Of a stretch of 64,000 nt of DNA, positions 24,849 through 37,964 are shown piece after piece. Position 1 is the stretch's first letter, and each line of letters opens with the position of its first letter. Below the pieces are notes generated by a model that saw nothing but the letters and a program-made list of their open reading frames with translations, was not told the DNA's origin and made no database searches. Origin of the DNA: Mobula hypostoma (Eukaryota); NCBI RefSeq assembly GCF_963921235.1, contig NC_086108.1, positions 98,334,001 through 98,398,000 on the forward strand. The letters run 5' to 3'. Made by a program: the position numbers and the translations under genes.

Positions 24849-25892
24849 AAGCACACAAGAGAAATTCCTTATTCATAAATTGATAATGGAAGTGGTTATC
24901 CATATTATGACCCTCCAAGTACCCTTTTGTCTCATCCCTACCTACAGATCCTGTCACAGTTGCTTGGCTAAGTGGCTGAACGTTGCCTGGATCTTTTTCG
25001 CTTACGTGAGATACGTAATGCAGAGTCTGTTTGTGATTTAGGATGTGCTTCTTGAAGTAGATACACTGAGTACGTGCCTTCAAGATCGTCTACCTCCTCT
25101 CTGATTGTAGAGGCATTTCCTGGGAGGTCATCATCATCATTATTATTATGTGCCGTGTTGTATGACGTGGGCGATCGTGGTCTTCTATCTATCTTTAATC
25201 TGAAACGTTCTGAAAATCCCTTCATAACTTTTGCCTGTCCATTCCTTGATGTAACTTGCGAATGCCATGCACTGACGACCATGGCTTTTTCTTCCACCAG
25301 CCTGGGTGGTGGGGGTCCTCGATAACGGATGCTGCCTTTTTGAGGCACCGCCTTTTGACAATGTCCTCGATGTTGAGGAGGCTAGTGTCCATGATAGAGC
25401 TGTCTGAGTTTACAACTCCCTGCTGCGTTTTCCAATCCTGTGCAGTGGCCCCTCCATACCAGAGGGTGATGCGAGTCATTTCATTGCATCTCTTCTCTTT
25501 TTTCAATTCTCCCTGCATTCGAATCAATTTCCTCCAAATTCACCGCTCACTGGGGGCAATTTACAGTAGGAAATTAATTTACCAACTGGCATGTCTTTGG
25601 GATGTGAAGGGAAACTGGAGCATCCAGATAAAACTCACAAAGTCACAGAGGGAACTTGCAGACTCCACGCAGAGAGCGCCCAAGGTCGAGACTGAATCGA
25701 CACCTCTGGGTCCAAGAGGCAGCAGCGCTACTCGATGTAACACCAGATCACCCAGTAATTCTCTTCCTTGTTGTATAATCACAAAAAAAAAGCTGGAGAA
25801 TGTAGAGTCATAGAAAAGTACAACACAGAAACAGGTCCTTTGGCCCATCTAGTCCATGCCTAACCATTTTAAACTGCCTCCTCTCATTGACC

Positions 25893-26072
25893 AAGTGGCG
25901 CGTGGTCAAGTGGTTAAGGTGTTGGACTAGTGATCTGAAGGTCTCGAGTTTGAGCCTCAGCTGAGGCAGCGTATTGTGTCCTTGAGCAAGGCACTTCACC
26001 ACACATTGCTCCTGCATGTTTACAGCCCAGAGGAGGCAGTTGGTGCAGTATGGACAAGACAAGACAAGACAA
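25893..26072 (+). mobile_element. tRNA-derived SINE with CORE-like box
   Basis: A box TGGTCAAGTGG, B-box-like GTTTGAGCC, then GTGTCCTTGAGCAAGGCACTT and a (GACAA)4 tail; GACC flanks both sides within a CR1 3' fragment. Confidence 0.8.
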
Positions 26073-26289
26073 GACCTGCACCCGGACCATAGCCCTCCAT
26101 ACTCGTACCATCCATATATCTATCCAAACTTCTCTTAAACATTGAAATCAAGCTCACATGCAACACTTGCACTGGTAGCTCATTCGACACTCCATCAACG
26201 CTCTGAGTGAAGATGCCTTCCCTCATGTTCTCATTAAACTTTTCACCTTTTCAAAGTTACTCATCACTTCTATTCATGAGGGCACATTG

Positions 26290-27562
26290 TTATTGCAATG
26301 TTACAATAGTCATGGGAGATTTCAATATGCGAGGAGATTGGGAAAATCAGGTTGATGCTGGATTACAGGAGGGGGAATTTCTAGAGTGCCTACAAGATGA
26401 CTTTTTAGAGCAGCTCATGGTTGAGCTCACAAGAGGATCAGCTATTCTGGATTGGGTGTTGTGCAGTGAACCAGAATTGATTAAAGAGCTGAAGGCAGAA
26501 AAACCCTTAGGGGAAAGAGATCATAATATGATTGAATTCACCCTGAAATTTGAGAAGCTAAAGTCAGGTGTATCAATATTACAATGGAGTAAAGGGAATT
26601 ACAAAGGCATGAGAGAGGAGTTGACTGGAAAAGAACACTGGCAGGGATGATGGCAGAGCAGCTATGGCTGGAATTTCTGGAAGCAATTCAGAAGGCACAA
26701 GATATATACATCCCAAAGAGGAAGAAGTATTCTAAAGGCAAGATGACACAACCGTGGCTAACAAGAGAAGTCAAAACGAACATAGCAGCCAGGGAGGGCA
26801 TATAATAGAACAAAGATTAGTGAGAAGTTAGATTGGGAAGCTTTTAAAAACCAACAGAAAGCAACTAAATAAGTCATTAAGAAGGTAAAGATAGAATACA
26901 AAAGTAAGCTAGCCAATAATATTAAAGAGAATACCAACAGCTTCTTTAGATATATAAAGTGTAAAAGAGAGATGACAGTGGATATCAGACCACTGGAAAA
27001 TGATGCTGGAGAAGTACTAATTGGGGAACAACAAAATGGTGGATGAACTAAATAAGTATTTTGCATCAGTCTTCATGGCAGAAGACACTAACAGTATGGT
27101 GAAATTCCCTGGTGTTGGGGCAGGAAGTGTGTGAAGTTACCATAAATAGACAGAAGGTTCTTGGGAATCTGAACGGTCTGAAGGTAGCAAAGTCACCTGG
27201 ACCAGATGGTGTACACCCCAGGGTTCTGAAAGAGCTGTCTGAAGAGATCGCGGAGGCATTAATAATGGTCTTTCAAGAATCACTAAATTCTGGAATGGTT
27301 TCAGAAGACTGGAAATTTGCAAATGTCACTCCCCTCTTCAAGAAGGGAGAGAGGCAGAAGAAAGGTCTGACCTCAGTGAGTGGGAAGATGTTGAAGTCCA
27401 TTATTAAGGTTGAGTTCTCAGGATACTTGGAGGTATGTGATAAAATAGGCTGTAGTCAGCATAGTTTCCTCAGGGGAAAATCTTGCCTGACAAACTGTTG
27501 GAATTCGTTGAAGAAGTAACAAGCAGGATGGACAAAGGAGAATTGGTTTATGTTGTGTACAT
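26290..27562 (+). mobile_element. CR1 ORF2 internal fragment (endonuclease C-terminus to RT N-terminus), degenerate
   Basis: VMGDFN, ILDWVL, DHNMIEF, KSPGPDGVHPRVLKE, ANVTPLFKKG, GKSCLTN with stops and frameshifts. Confidence 0.9.
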
Positions 27563-27711
27563 CACAAGGAATAAGCTGTTCCTGAATTGTTGAGTGTGTG
27601 CCTTCAAGTCTTGTACTTCCTCCCTGATGATAGCAATAAGGAGAGAGCATGTCCTGGGTGATGGGGTCCTTAATGATGGATGCTGCCTTTTTAAGACATC
27701 GTTCCTTTAAG

Positions 27712-28322
27712 CAACACACATCAAAGTTGCTGGTGAATGCAGCAGGCCAGGCAGCATCTATAGGAGGAGGCGCAGTCGACGTTTCAGGCCGAGACCCTTC
27801 GTCAGGACTAACTGAAGGAAGAGTGAGTAAGGGATTTGAAAGCTGGAGGGGGAGGGGGAGATGCAAAATGATAGGAGAAGACAGGAGGGGAAGGGATAGA
27901 GCCGAGAGCTGGACAGGTGATAGGCAAAAGGGGATACGAGAGGATCATGGGACAGGAGGTCCGGGAAGATAGACGGGGGGGGGTGACCCAGAGGATGGGC
28001 AAGAGGTATATTCAGAGGGACAGAGGGAGAAAAAGGAGAGTGAGAGAAAGAATGTGTGCATAAAAATGAGTAACAGATGGGGTACGAGGGGAAGGTGGGG
28101 CCTTAGCGGAAGTTAGAGAAGTCAATGTTCATGCCATCAGGTTGGAGGCTACCCAGACGGAATATAAGGTGTTGTTCCTCCAACCTGAGTGTGGCTTCAT
28201 CTTTACAGTAGAGGAGGCCGTGGATAGACATGTCAGAATGGGAATGGGATGTGGAATTAAAATGTGTGGCCACTGGGAGATGCTGCTTTCTCTGGCGGAC
28301 AGAGAGTAGGTGTTCAGCAACC
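27712..28322 (-). mobile_element. Young PLE 3' fragment with 10-bp TSD
   Basis: Close match to 61570-62120 and to the reverse complement of 62590-62950; TTCCTTTAAG at 27702-27711 and 28323-28332. Confidence 0.88.
27774..27809 (-). ncRNA. Minimal type I hammerhead ribozyme motif (PLE-associated)
   Basis: Minus strand AGTC-CTGACGA-AGG-GTCTCGG-CCT-GAAA-CG-TC-GACT: stem I AGTC/GACT, core CUGANGA and GAAA, stem II AGG/CCU, palindromic ACGU stem III, GUC cleavage triplet. Confidence 0.75.
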
Positions 28323-29240
28323 TTCCTTTAAGATGCCCTGGATGCTGAGGGAGCTAATGCCTGTGATGGAGCCGACTTATTTCACAACTTCCTGCAGCTT
28401 CTTTCGTTCTTCTGCAGTAACCTTCCCTCCCCATACCAGATGGTGATACAGCCAGTTGGAATGCATCTGTAGAAATTTGTGTCTTTGATGACATACCAAA
28501 TCTCCTCAATCTCCTAATGAAATATAACTGCTGTCGTGCCTTCTTCATAACTGCATCGATATGTTGGGCCCAGGATAAGTCCTCAGAAATATTGACACTC
28601 TGGAGCTTGAGACTGCTCACTCTCTCCACTTCTGATCCCTCAATGAGGTCTGATGTGTGTTCCCTCATCTTACCCTCTCTGAAGTCCACAATCAGTTCTT
28701 TGGTCTTACTGCCGTTGCGTACAATGCTGTTGCTGTTGCAGGGTAACTTAATTGGGAGAAATGTTCATAATTCACAATCACTGACACTGAGGTGGCCTTT
28801 CAGTTTAAGCAGCTGGTCTGACATGATGACCTTATTACCTAAAGATTTTTAGCTTCCTTTTGTTTTTAGGTTTTGGAGTTCAAAAATGTGTTACAGGTTT
28901 CATTAAACATAAAATGCCTGACTTCATAAAGAATGGAAAAATAGAGGGCTATGAATAATCCTAGGTAATTTCTAAAGAAAGTACATGTTTGGCACAGCAT
29001 TGTGGGCCGAAGGGCCTGTATTGTGCTGTAGGTTTTCTATGTTTCTATGTCCTATGTTCATTTTATTTGTGAAACCCTACATTGGTGATCCTGATGCTCT
29101 AGGACATTTCCAGAGTTATTGAACATGTCAGACAACACAGTTGCTTAGAAACTGCTGGAGCTTTGGGAGCAAAATGCAGAGTTTGTACTAGCCCGATTTG
29201 CTCTGCAAGAAATTACTGCTGACGGCACCAAATTCTACTA

Positions 29241-29376
29241 CAGGTCGACTTTCACTAATTGGGCACCATTGGGACCTGAGGAGTGCCGGATTAGTGAGAA
29301 TGCCGAACTACAGAAGGATCACATTAAGCATAGTCAGTGCCGGATTACAGGTAGTTGGATTAGGGAAGGTCGACTG
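29241..29376. mobile_element. Tigger/pogo-like MITE
   Basis: TA-CAGGTCGACTTTCACTAAT ... ATTAGGGAAGGTCGACTG-TA. Confidence 0.7.
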
Positions 29377-29950
29377 TACGTGGTAGCACACTCAGCAATT
29401 CGATAGCTGCAAGAGTGGTGAGTCTGCTCGAACCTGAACACAATAAATACCGATCACCGAAAATTCACCTTTCGCAGACTTTTGGACTATTGGAGTCTGA
29501 GCACACCAAACAGTTGCTCTCCTTGCCCAGTCTCGATGATGCAAAACCGGCAGAGCTAAAGGACGACATGCTGTCTGTCCTGGGAAATCACCATCCTTGT
29601 TTTATTTTTAAAGAATTCTTCATGCAGCAAATGCCTGATCAAGTTTGCATAGCCCTCACTAATGCACCTGTGAAGGACCATAGGGAGCTTGCTAAAATGG
29701 CTGATAGTCTACACTCAGCCAGGCAGAGACACATAATTCCTCCTCTTTCCGTGCCTCAGTAAGCCCAGTCAGCAAAGTCCCCAACATCCACAGCCACAAA
29801 GCAGACAAGGCCGGACCTGTGGTTTTATCTTGCTCACTTTGGTAGGAATGCTCGGAAGTGCTGACCATCTTGCAGCTTCAACAGTATCTGTGCATTGGGA
29901 CATCGGAGGTCTGTGAACACCATAGGTTCCAGCTGCCATGGATGCCTAGA

Positions 29951-30399
29951 GTCATCACGGACACCATTTCCGGCAATGCTGGTCATAACCACGGATTCGA
30001 CAGCGCAGTAGGTACGGCAATTGCGCTTGTGAATATGCACATGTCAGCTAATTATTATTTAATTGTGATAGTATTTAACTCCATACTTGTCATCGTAGTG
30101 CTTGTCGAGACTTGGACAGAGCACAGCAATGCTTTGCTGCCTGTTTGCATTCGGCCTTCCCTGAGAAATTGGACTGTCGAGTCAACTGACTCTGTAGGCT
30201 GGCGGTAATTGTTTAATGTTTAGATGTTCTTTTCAGCCACAGTGTAGGCTTCGTATACCATTTGAGTGTTTTTGTTAACGGCCCTGTTTGGCCTAGTGTT
30301 TTATTTTCCCAGTAACACTGTTCGCATTAAAGTCTGTGAACCATTGAGCTGGTTCAGTGTCTCTCACTCTGCACTTGGGCCATATCCGAACCTGGTGAC
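29951..30399 (+). mobile_element. Possible solo LTR inserted in the Gypsy remnant
   Basis: ~450-bp non-coding block between gag and protease remnants, with ATTAAA near 30327 and a GGTGACA end; 5' end and TSD unclear. Confidence 0.4.
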
Positions 30400-31070
30400 A
30401 AGGCTTCCAGTGTGACATGGGTGCTCAAGTGAGTGTCCTGCTAGCAGCGCCTAATGGTGAGAAGGCAAAGAGCGGCGAGACTTCACTGGAGGCTGCCAGC
30501 AGCAGCAAGATCCACACTTACAAGACATGACAGATGACACTCTGCTTCAGGGGGCAACGTTACACATGGGACTTCATCCTGGCTAAAGCAGCTAGATCTC
30601 TGCTTGGTACGGATTTCCTGTGTGCCCAAGGACTTAAGAACTGTCGGCTTGTGGATGTCAAGGACTTTGAGTTGTTACCCTGCTCCCCCAGTAAATTCCC
30701 CACAATGCATATGCACCATTTCATATGAGTTTACTCGACTGCTGGGCGAATTCCCAAACCTCACTAAGCCCACATTCTCCACTACTGTTGCAAAACATAT
30801 TCCCACAACTGGCCTGTCAGTCCATGCCTGCATGTTTAGACTAGACCTAGAAAAGCTGGCAACCGTGAAGACTGAACTTGCCAACATGAGAAGACTCTGC
30901 ATTGTGCACCATTCGTATAGCCCCTGGGCTTCACCCTTCCATATGGTCCCTAAGTCTGATGGTGGTTGCTGCCCATGTGGTGATTACAGATGCCTTAACG
31001 AGGTCACCACCTCCCATTGTTACCTAGTCCCACACATCCAAGGTTTCTCGGCATGCTTAGCTGGAAAGTT

Positions 31071-31442
31071 GGAGGCTCGAAGTTTTCGGATGGACGGACT
31101 CAGTATTGGGTGCTTCCAGTGCATCGGCAAGTTTTCGGTGCCTGGAGGTTTATGGCAGGGGGTTTCTCCCTTTTGCCGCCTGTTATCGGGGACTCGGGAG
31201 TCGATCAGGACTTGGAGACTTTTTTTTTTACCATGCCCAAGGTCTGCTCTTCATCAAATTACGGTATTGCTTTGCACTGCTGTAACTATATGTTATAATT
31301 ATGTGGTTCTGTCAGTGTTAGTCTTTGGTTTGTCCTGTTTTTCTGATATACCACTCTGGAAGAACATTGTATCATTTCTTAACACGTGCATGCATTTCTA
31401 AATGACAATAAATGAAGACTGCGTGTTCTCATAATCTAATCT
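31071..31442 (+). mobile_element. 5'-truncated copy of the 23159-23793 element inserted in Gypsy RT
   Basis: AAGTT duplicated at 31066-31070 and 31443-31447; removing the insert rejoins RT sequence LAGKL...LVRGYHQ. Confidence 0.8.
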
Positions 31443-32923
31443 AAGTTAATTTTTTTAACAAAGATAATCTAGTTAGGGGCTACCATCAGGTGCCTGTGTG
31501 CTCGAAGTACATCCCCAAAACAGCTGTGATAACCTGTATGGTCTTTTTGAACTTCTGCGCATGCCATTTGGGCTGAAAAATGCAGCACAGACTTTTCAAC
31601 GTCTGATGAACTCTCTATTAAAAGACATAGATTTTCTTTTTGTTTATCTGGATGACATACTTAGGAAAATATATTTTCTATTTTCTCAATTGTTATAAGT
31701 AAACATAAGAAAAGAAAAAAAACATAAAAAACATAAGCCAGTGCTTCCAAATCTGAACACGTATCTCATCTCTGCACACTTTTTCAGTGCTTAAGCCAAC
31801 ACAGATTGATTATTAACTTTCTTGGCCATCGTATTTCTGCAGAAGATGCATAACTTCGGAACAGTACTCCTTGGCTGGGATCTTTGGTAACCGTTTCTTC
31901 GTTCGCTGGCCATGGAATCTCTGGAATTCGTTGTGATTGCCTTATTGTTGCACTGTGAATCCACAAGTCTCTCCTCTCAGCTATTTTGTGAATTACTGGG
32001 ACTCTCTGAACTGCCACTTCAAGACTGTCCTTGAGTAAGATCTGTTAAGAACGAATTCTAAGTTTGACTGTAAGGGATCTACAGACGCATAACACTGTTA
32101 ACTTCTGTTTAAGAAAGTAGTTCATTTAATTTTCTATGTTTTGAGTAGATGTAAATAAATATAATGATTTTAATATTAACACCCGACTTTATTTGTCATC
32201 TCTTGCTGCTGGTACATTACGGGATCGTAACAGAACATTTTAGGAACAGATTCATCCCCTCTGTCATCAGGTTTCTGAACGGACAATGAATCTGTGACCA
32301 CTGCCTCACCATTTTCTGCTCTCTTTTTGCACTATTTACTTCATCCATCATTAAGGACCCCCACCACCCAGGACATGCCCTCTTCCCATTGCTACGATCA
32401 GGAAGGAGGTACAGAAACTTGAAGGCACACTCAACATTTTAGGAGCAGCTTCTTCTTCTCTGCATCTGATTTCTGAATGGACATTGAACACTACCTCACC
32501 ACTTCTTAATTTTCATCTTTGCACTGCTTGTTTAACTATTATATATAAGTACACATGAATTACAATAAGTATATATGTATGCATGTGTATATATAATATA
32601 TATACACTCACACACACGTATACTTACTGTAATTCATGTTTACCCCTATTACTTTGTATTTCATTGTACTGCTGCCACAAAGACAACAAATTTCAGGACA
32701 TATTCAGTGATATTACACCTGATTCTGATTATATATTATTGTAATTTGTAGTATATTTTATGTATTGCACTGTCCTGTTTTTGCAAAGCAACAGATTTGA
32801 TGACATACACCAGTAATAATGAACCTGATTCTGAAATGAGACGAATATGAGATTGGTGTAGTTGTTGATGGCCAGTGCAGACTCAGGGACTGTTTCTGTG
32901 CTGAATTTCAATGACTCTGCAAT

Positions 32924-32980
32924 ACAGAAAAACAAACAGTCTGTAAACTTTTATCAACAGATTTATTTTTATTATGTACA
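32924..32980 (-). terminator. Candidate polyadenylation site (possibly the distal LRRC8C site)
   Basis: Minus strand TGTACAT-AATAAA-AATAAA-TCTGTTGATAAAAGTTTACA-GAC-TGTTTGTTTTTCTGT: UGUA element, tandem hexamers (32973-32962) and GU/U-rich downstream element in apparently unique DNA. Confidence 0.6.
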
Positions 32981-34233
32981 AAATGTTTTGACAAATTAAA
33001 ACAGTTTTAAGGTATCATTAGGATAACTACCAAAAGACAAAGGTATGTTCTGTCTATCATCCTCTGCAGTGACACCATGAGTCAAAATTTAAAACACTGT
33101 GTGCAATTTGTAACATCAGGAGTCTTCTTGCATTTCCAGTTCTGCATATCCTCCTATACACTTAAAGTGAATTAAAGAAATCTATACGATTTAGGAAGGA
33201 GCATATTCAAAATCTGCACAGATTATTCTGTTGAACAGACTGTCTATAGGTGTTCTAACGTAGCTGTTTGTGCCATTAATGCAGTATACTCATCCATGGT
33301 AATCCAGGAAACACAATTGCACTGTTTTTTAAACTGGAATCCTACCATCCTGGCCATGTTCTCTTCTTGCTGCTGCCATCAGAAAGGAGGTCCAGGAGCC
33401 TTAGGACCCACCCCACCAGATTCAGGAACAGTCATTACACTTCAACCATTAGGCCCCTGAACCAGTGCGGATAACTTCACTCATCCCAACACTGTACTGA
33501 TTCCACAACCTATGGACTCACTTTCAAAGACTCCTAAACTCACGTTCCCAATTTTATTTATTTACTTATTTGTGTGCTTGTCTGATTTCCTTTTGTATTT
33601 GCACAGTTTGCCTTTGTTTGCCAATTGGCTGTCAGTCTTAGTGTGTGGTCTTTCATGGATTTTGGTTCTATTGTATTTCTTCATTCTACTGTGAATGCCC
33701 ACAAGAAAATGAATCTCAAGGTAGTGTATAGCGACATATACATACTTTTGGACTTTCAACAATAATTTGAACAATTTCTGAAATCATATTTGTGTTAACA
33801 ATAGAAAAATCATTTTCATAAACAACACGATGCTAGACTCCTGCACAAGTTTCAGTAGAAAACTCTGCTTTGCTGTTAACCCTTGCACGAAGTAACTAAT
33901 TGACAGTCAACTGATTGAAAGGTGATTATAAACTGCATTATCCGAGATATTTATCGGGAACGCTGAGTAAAGAGGGGCCTTAGCATCATCAATAATCCCT
34001 CCCATCCGTCCACCAAACTCTTTGACCCCCCTACCATCAGGCAGGAGGTACTGTAGCATTAGGACAAAAACTGTTAGAAAAGGAAACAGCTTCTTTTCAT
34101 AGCCCTAAGACTACTGAACTCCCTGCCGCCACCCAGGTCTCATCATGTTTAAAAAGCCAGTAGCGTTATACTGTTTTCTTTTTAACTTGAGTCATGAATG
34201 CACCTTATTATCTGTTAATTTATTTGTGGTAAT

Positions 34234-34238
<5 letters not shown>

Positions 34239-34292
<54 letters not shown>
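34239..34292. repeat. (TG)20(CG)4(TG)3 microsatellite
   Basis: Directly visible. Confidence 0.97.
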
Positions 34293-34293
<1 letters not shown>

Positions 34294-36705
34294 TGTGTAC
34301 CTTGGTCCGGAGGAACATTGTTTCATTTGGCAGTTTATATGTATACAGTTGAAATGACAATAACTTTGAACTTGATTAAGCAAATACATCTTTCCTACAC
34401 ATATACCGTCATAAATATAGTTACATAGCTACATTGGCAGTCAATTAAAACACTGCTGGATGCTGTTCAGAAACATAATTATATATAATATTACTATTTG
34501 AAATATAATTTACTAATACAAAGTGTCCCAGTTCACATACTCAACTTTATAGTAATGTACGTCAAGAAAATACAATGTTGTGATATGTACAGTGTGATAA
34601 AAATTGACATTAAAAAAGTTTTAAAAAAGGCAATTTAATTCTAAATCAGTAGTGGACACACATACCATACAGGTTCCAGCAGATAAACCAGTGAATCTGA
34701 AATGCAGTGATATGGTTTTTGTTACTGATGGATAATTTGGATTTTCAGGCAGAAAAAGGCAAACTCCCTAGCTTATTATCAATGGCACAAGAATGCACAA
34801 ATAATTACTATTTAGTTTGCCCTAATAAGTAAGTGCAGAGTTGAGTGATGATAATATTTTGAACACACGAAGGCTTCCCTGCAGTCGAACAAGTAAACTT
34901 TATTCATATTGCAGGAGTGGCTAAGAAAGCAGTCCGTTAATCTCATTCACCCAATGAAAATGCTGAACCGAGTCTCTATGCTATGAATGCATGTTTCTGG
35001 AAATCTCTACAGGAGACAGTCGTGCAAATGACTTTAGCTTCAGAAATTGCTCAATGTGTATAAGATATGAAAGTGCAGTAGAGTGAGACTCTGCCCTGCA
35101 GGGACTCCACTCTGTTTCAAGCTGATTGTAAAGAAGCCCTTAATCAAAACAAATGCAGCTTATTAGTGAGACGGACTTCAGAAAATGTGAGATTTATACT
35201 TACTTTGCTGATTTTTTTTAACCCTCAGTCTGAAAAGTAGTGAATTCAGTACATTTACCTGATTACAATATTATTCCAGCAGTCATGAAATAAAATAGAA
35301 ATTCCCCCTGTATTGCAAACGCATAGACATCTTAAATGAGAAACATCATGAATAGTCATTCCTTTTAAATGTTTTATGAACGTTTCTAAACACACATTGA
35401 TCTGTTAGTTAATTCTAATGTTCTTTGGTTGAATTATTCAAAATATATTATTTACTTTGAAGATTTCACACAAAATACTTCACAGGTCTGCTATTTTTAA
35501 CCTGTGGAACTTAGTATATCAAAGCAATTTATTTTTAAAAACACACTCCGAATATGAAAGGAAACGGGCACTTCTTTTGAAACGAAGTAAATAGGCAGCA
35601 TCAGTAGTAAAGTGCAGACAGCAGCCATGACCAACTTTTGTCTTAACTAGCCTAGAGCACGGCAGATAACCAAGTGCCACATTTGAGACAGGGCTGGCAA
35701 AAAGGGAGTGACTGAATAACAATGACACATGAGATCAACTGGTCAACCTGTTTGTATTGGGTTAGAAATAAGCACTGTCTAGAAGACACAGGCTGCTAGA
35801 ATCTGCCAGACACTCTTCCATGGAACTTCCCAATGTTTGTTGCCTTTGGGCGTGTTTTTCCAGGAGCAGAGGGACATAGAACATTACAGCACAGTACAGG
35901 CCCTTCGACACACAATGCTGTGCAAACTTTTAACCTACTCCAAGATCAATCTAATGCTTCCCTCCCACATAGCCCCCTCCCATTTCTTTTTCATCCATAT
36001 GCCTATCTCAGAGTCTCTTAAATGTAGCTGAGCCTGTTGGAAGTCTACAAAATTATGAAGGAATGGACAAGGAAAATAATGATCTTTGTCCCATGGTGAG
36101 GGTGTCCAAGACCAAAGGGCATTGGTTTAAAGTGAGAGGTAGGAGGTTTAAAGGGAAACTGAAGGGGAATATTTTCAAAAAGAGATTGATTGTAATCTGG
36201 TATCCACTGCCAGAAGTGGAGGATCCTGTCTGAACATTTAAGAAGTATTTGAATTGCAAGGACTAAACGCAGGTGCATAGATGGGTGCAATGCTTGGCAT
36301 GGATGTGATGGGTCAATAGGGCATCTTTCTGAACTTGGTGAATCTATGACAAAGTCACCATAAGAATGGAAACATCGTTGTTCCAGCATTCAATATTTAA
36401 ATAGACAGGTGTTCCTCACTCAAATTCCTGGGCACCCTAGCCCAGCAGTGCAGTGGAACTGACACAATGAGGAACAATGGTGTAGTCAGCCCCACCTTTA
36501 AAAGGCCAACGAGCAAGAGTCAAAAACTTGTGTTTGTCAGTAGCTCCCCCATTCCAAGAAACACTTCTGAATCACTGTCACATTAAAGACCCTCAAAAGT
36601 ACAGGGTACATTTCTCCATTGCTGTGAAGCGGAGTTTGCAGTCCTGGCTAAAATTCCTACCCCAGTCAAAGGACAGGCAGATAAACCAGTTGCTTAACTT
36701 CTTAA

Positions 36706-36899
36706 CACAAGAGATTGTGCAGATACTGGAAATCCAGAGTAACACACACAAAATGCAGTTGGAACTCAGCAAGTCAGGGCTTCTTCCACCTTCCTTTTCA
36801 ATGATGATGAAGGGTCTCGGCCTGAAACGTCGACTCTTTATGCCTCTCCATAGAAGCTGCCTGACCTGCTGAGTTCCTCCAGCATTTTGTGAGTGTAGC
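36706..36899. mobile_element. Head-to-head PLE-end composite with near-intact hammerhead on the plus strand
   Basis: ATGATGAAGGGTCTCGGCCTGAAACGTCGACT at ~36804-36835, flanked by inverted PLE termini. Confidence 0.75.
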
Positions 36900-37964
36900 T
36901 TAAGTCATTGCTGCTTGAAATAATATTTATCTGCTGAACAATTCTCAGTGCAATTAAAAAGCAACTCACTGTGAATTCATCTTGCACCTGGCATCTCCTT
37001 TCCCTGACAATGCTGGACAAGCAGTAAGATATTTTTTAAGTAACAGTTATTTAACTAGGTTTTCATGACAGTGGGTCTCTACAAATCACGGTCCTCACAT
37101 TTATTTATTGAATGATTTATTTTTTGCATGATTTGAACTCATTTCTACATTAGTTGTTTGTCAGTCTTTGTTATGTAAAGTTTTCATAAATTCTGCAGCA
37201 TTTCTTTATTTTCCTGCAAGAAAACAAATGCCAAGGCAGTATATGGTGACATACAGTGTATGTACTCTGATAATAAATTTACTCTGAACTTTGGGTTTAA
37301 AACCTCTGAGGAAACTCCAGCACAAACAAAGTGTTGGGATGTACTGTTCTACCGTTACGCTGCACGGGCTCTCTAGGACATTTCATTCTCCTTCGGTAAC
37401 ATCCCGACCAAGCTAGAAGGAAAAAAAAATAACGTGCAGCAGGCTAGCCTCCATCAATCTGATCGGGACCACACTTTGGATAAAGAACCAGAGGGAGGCT
37501 GAGGGATCCTCTCTTAATTCTATGGATTTTGAATTGCACTTCCACCATGCATAACAGAAGCAGACTGAAGGATAAATGGGAACGCGATATTGGTTTGAGT
37601 GTACAGGTACACATAAAACAGAAAGGATAGTTGGACTTGTGCAATAACTGCTAATACTAAGAGCCTGTAGAGTTATAATGGGATAATTGGCCACCTTGTA
37701 TGTGGTAGTATCTTTTAAATTCTGATTCATAGATAGAGTTCTGTCAATATTTACTCATATAATCAGAGAAAAGTTAAGCGTGTGACACTTGTGGGCTGCC
37801 CAACACAATCCTCACTGATTTGATTTGACGCAAATGTCACATTTCGCTGTATGTTTTGATGTACGTGTGACATTTTCACAACATATACCGGTGATATTAA
37901 ACCTGATTCTGATTCTCATAAATAAAGCCAATCTAATCTTTATCTTTGATAACATCTGGGTTCT

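Larger units (their letters stand above)
27570..28740 (-). mobile_element. Rex1/Babar-type fragment interrupted by a PLE
   Basis: VERVSSLKL..VNISEDLSWAQHIDAVMKKARQQLYFIRRLRRFGMS and KKAASIIKDP. Confidence 0.75.
29082..31850 (+). mobile_element. Decayed Ty3/Gypsy LTR retrotransposon internal region (gag-protease-RT) with nested inserts
   Basis: PBS-like TGGTGATCC; gag-like ORF 29415..29762; protease-like DMGAQVSVL near 30414; RT SPWASPFHMVPK..DYRCLN and [23 protein letters not shown]. Confidence 0.85.

Noticed and set aside
25897..25968. tRNA gene
   Set aside because: No proper acceptor stem, and it continues into a SINE body and (GACAA)n tail
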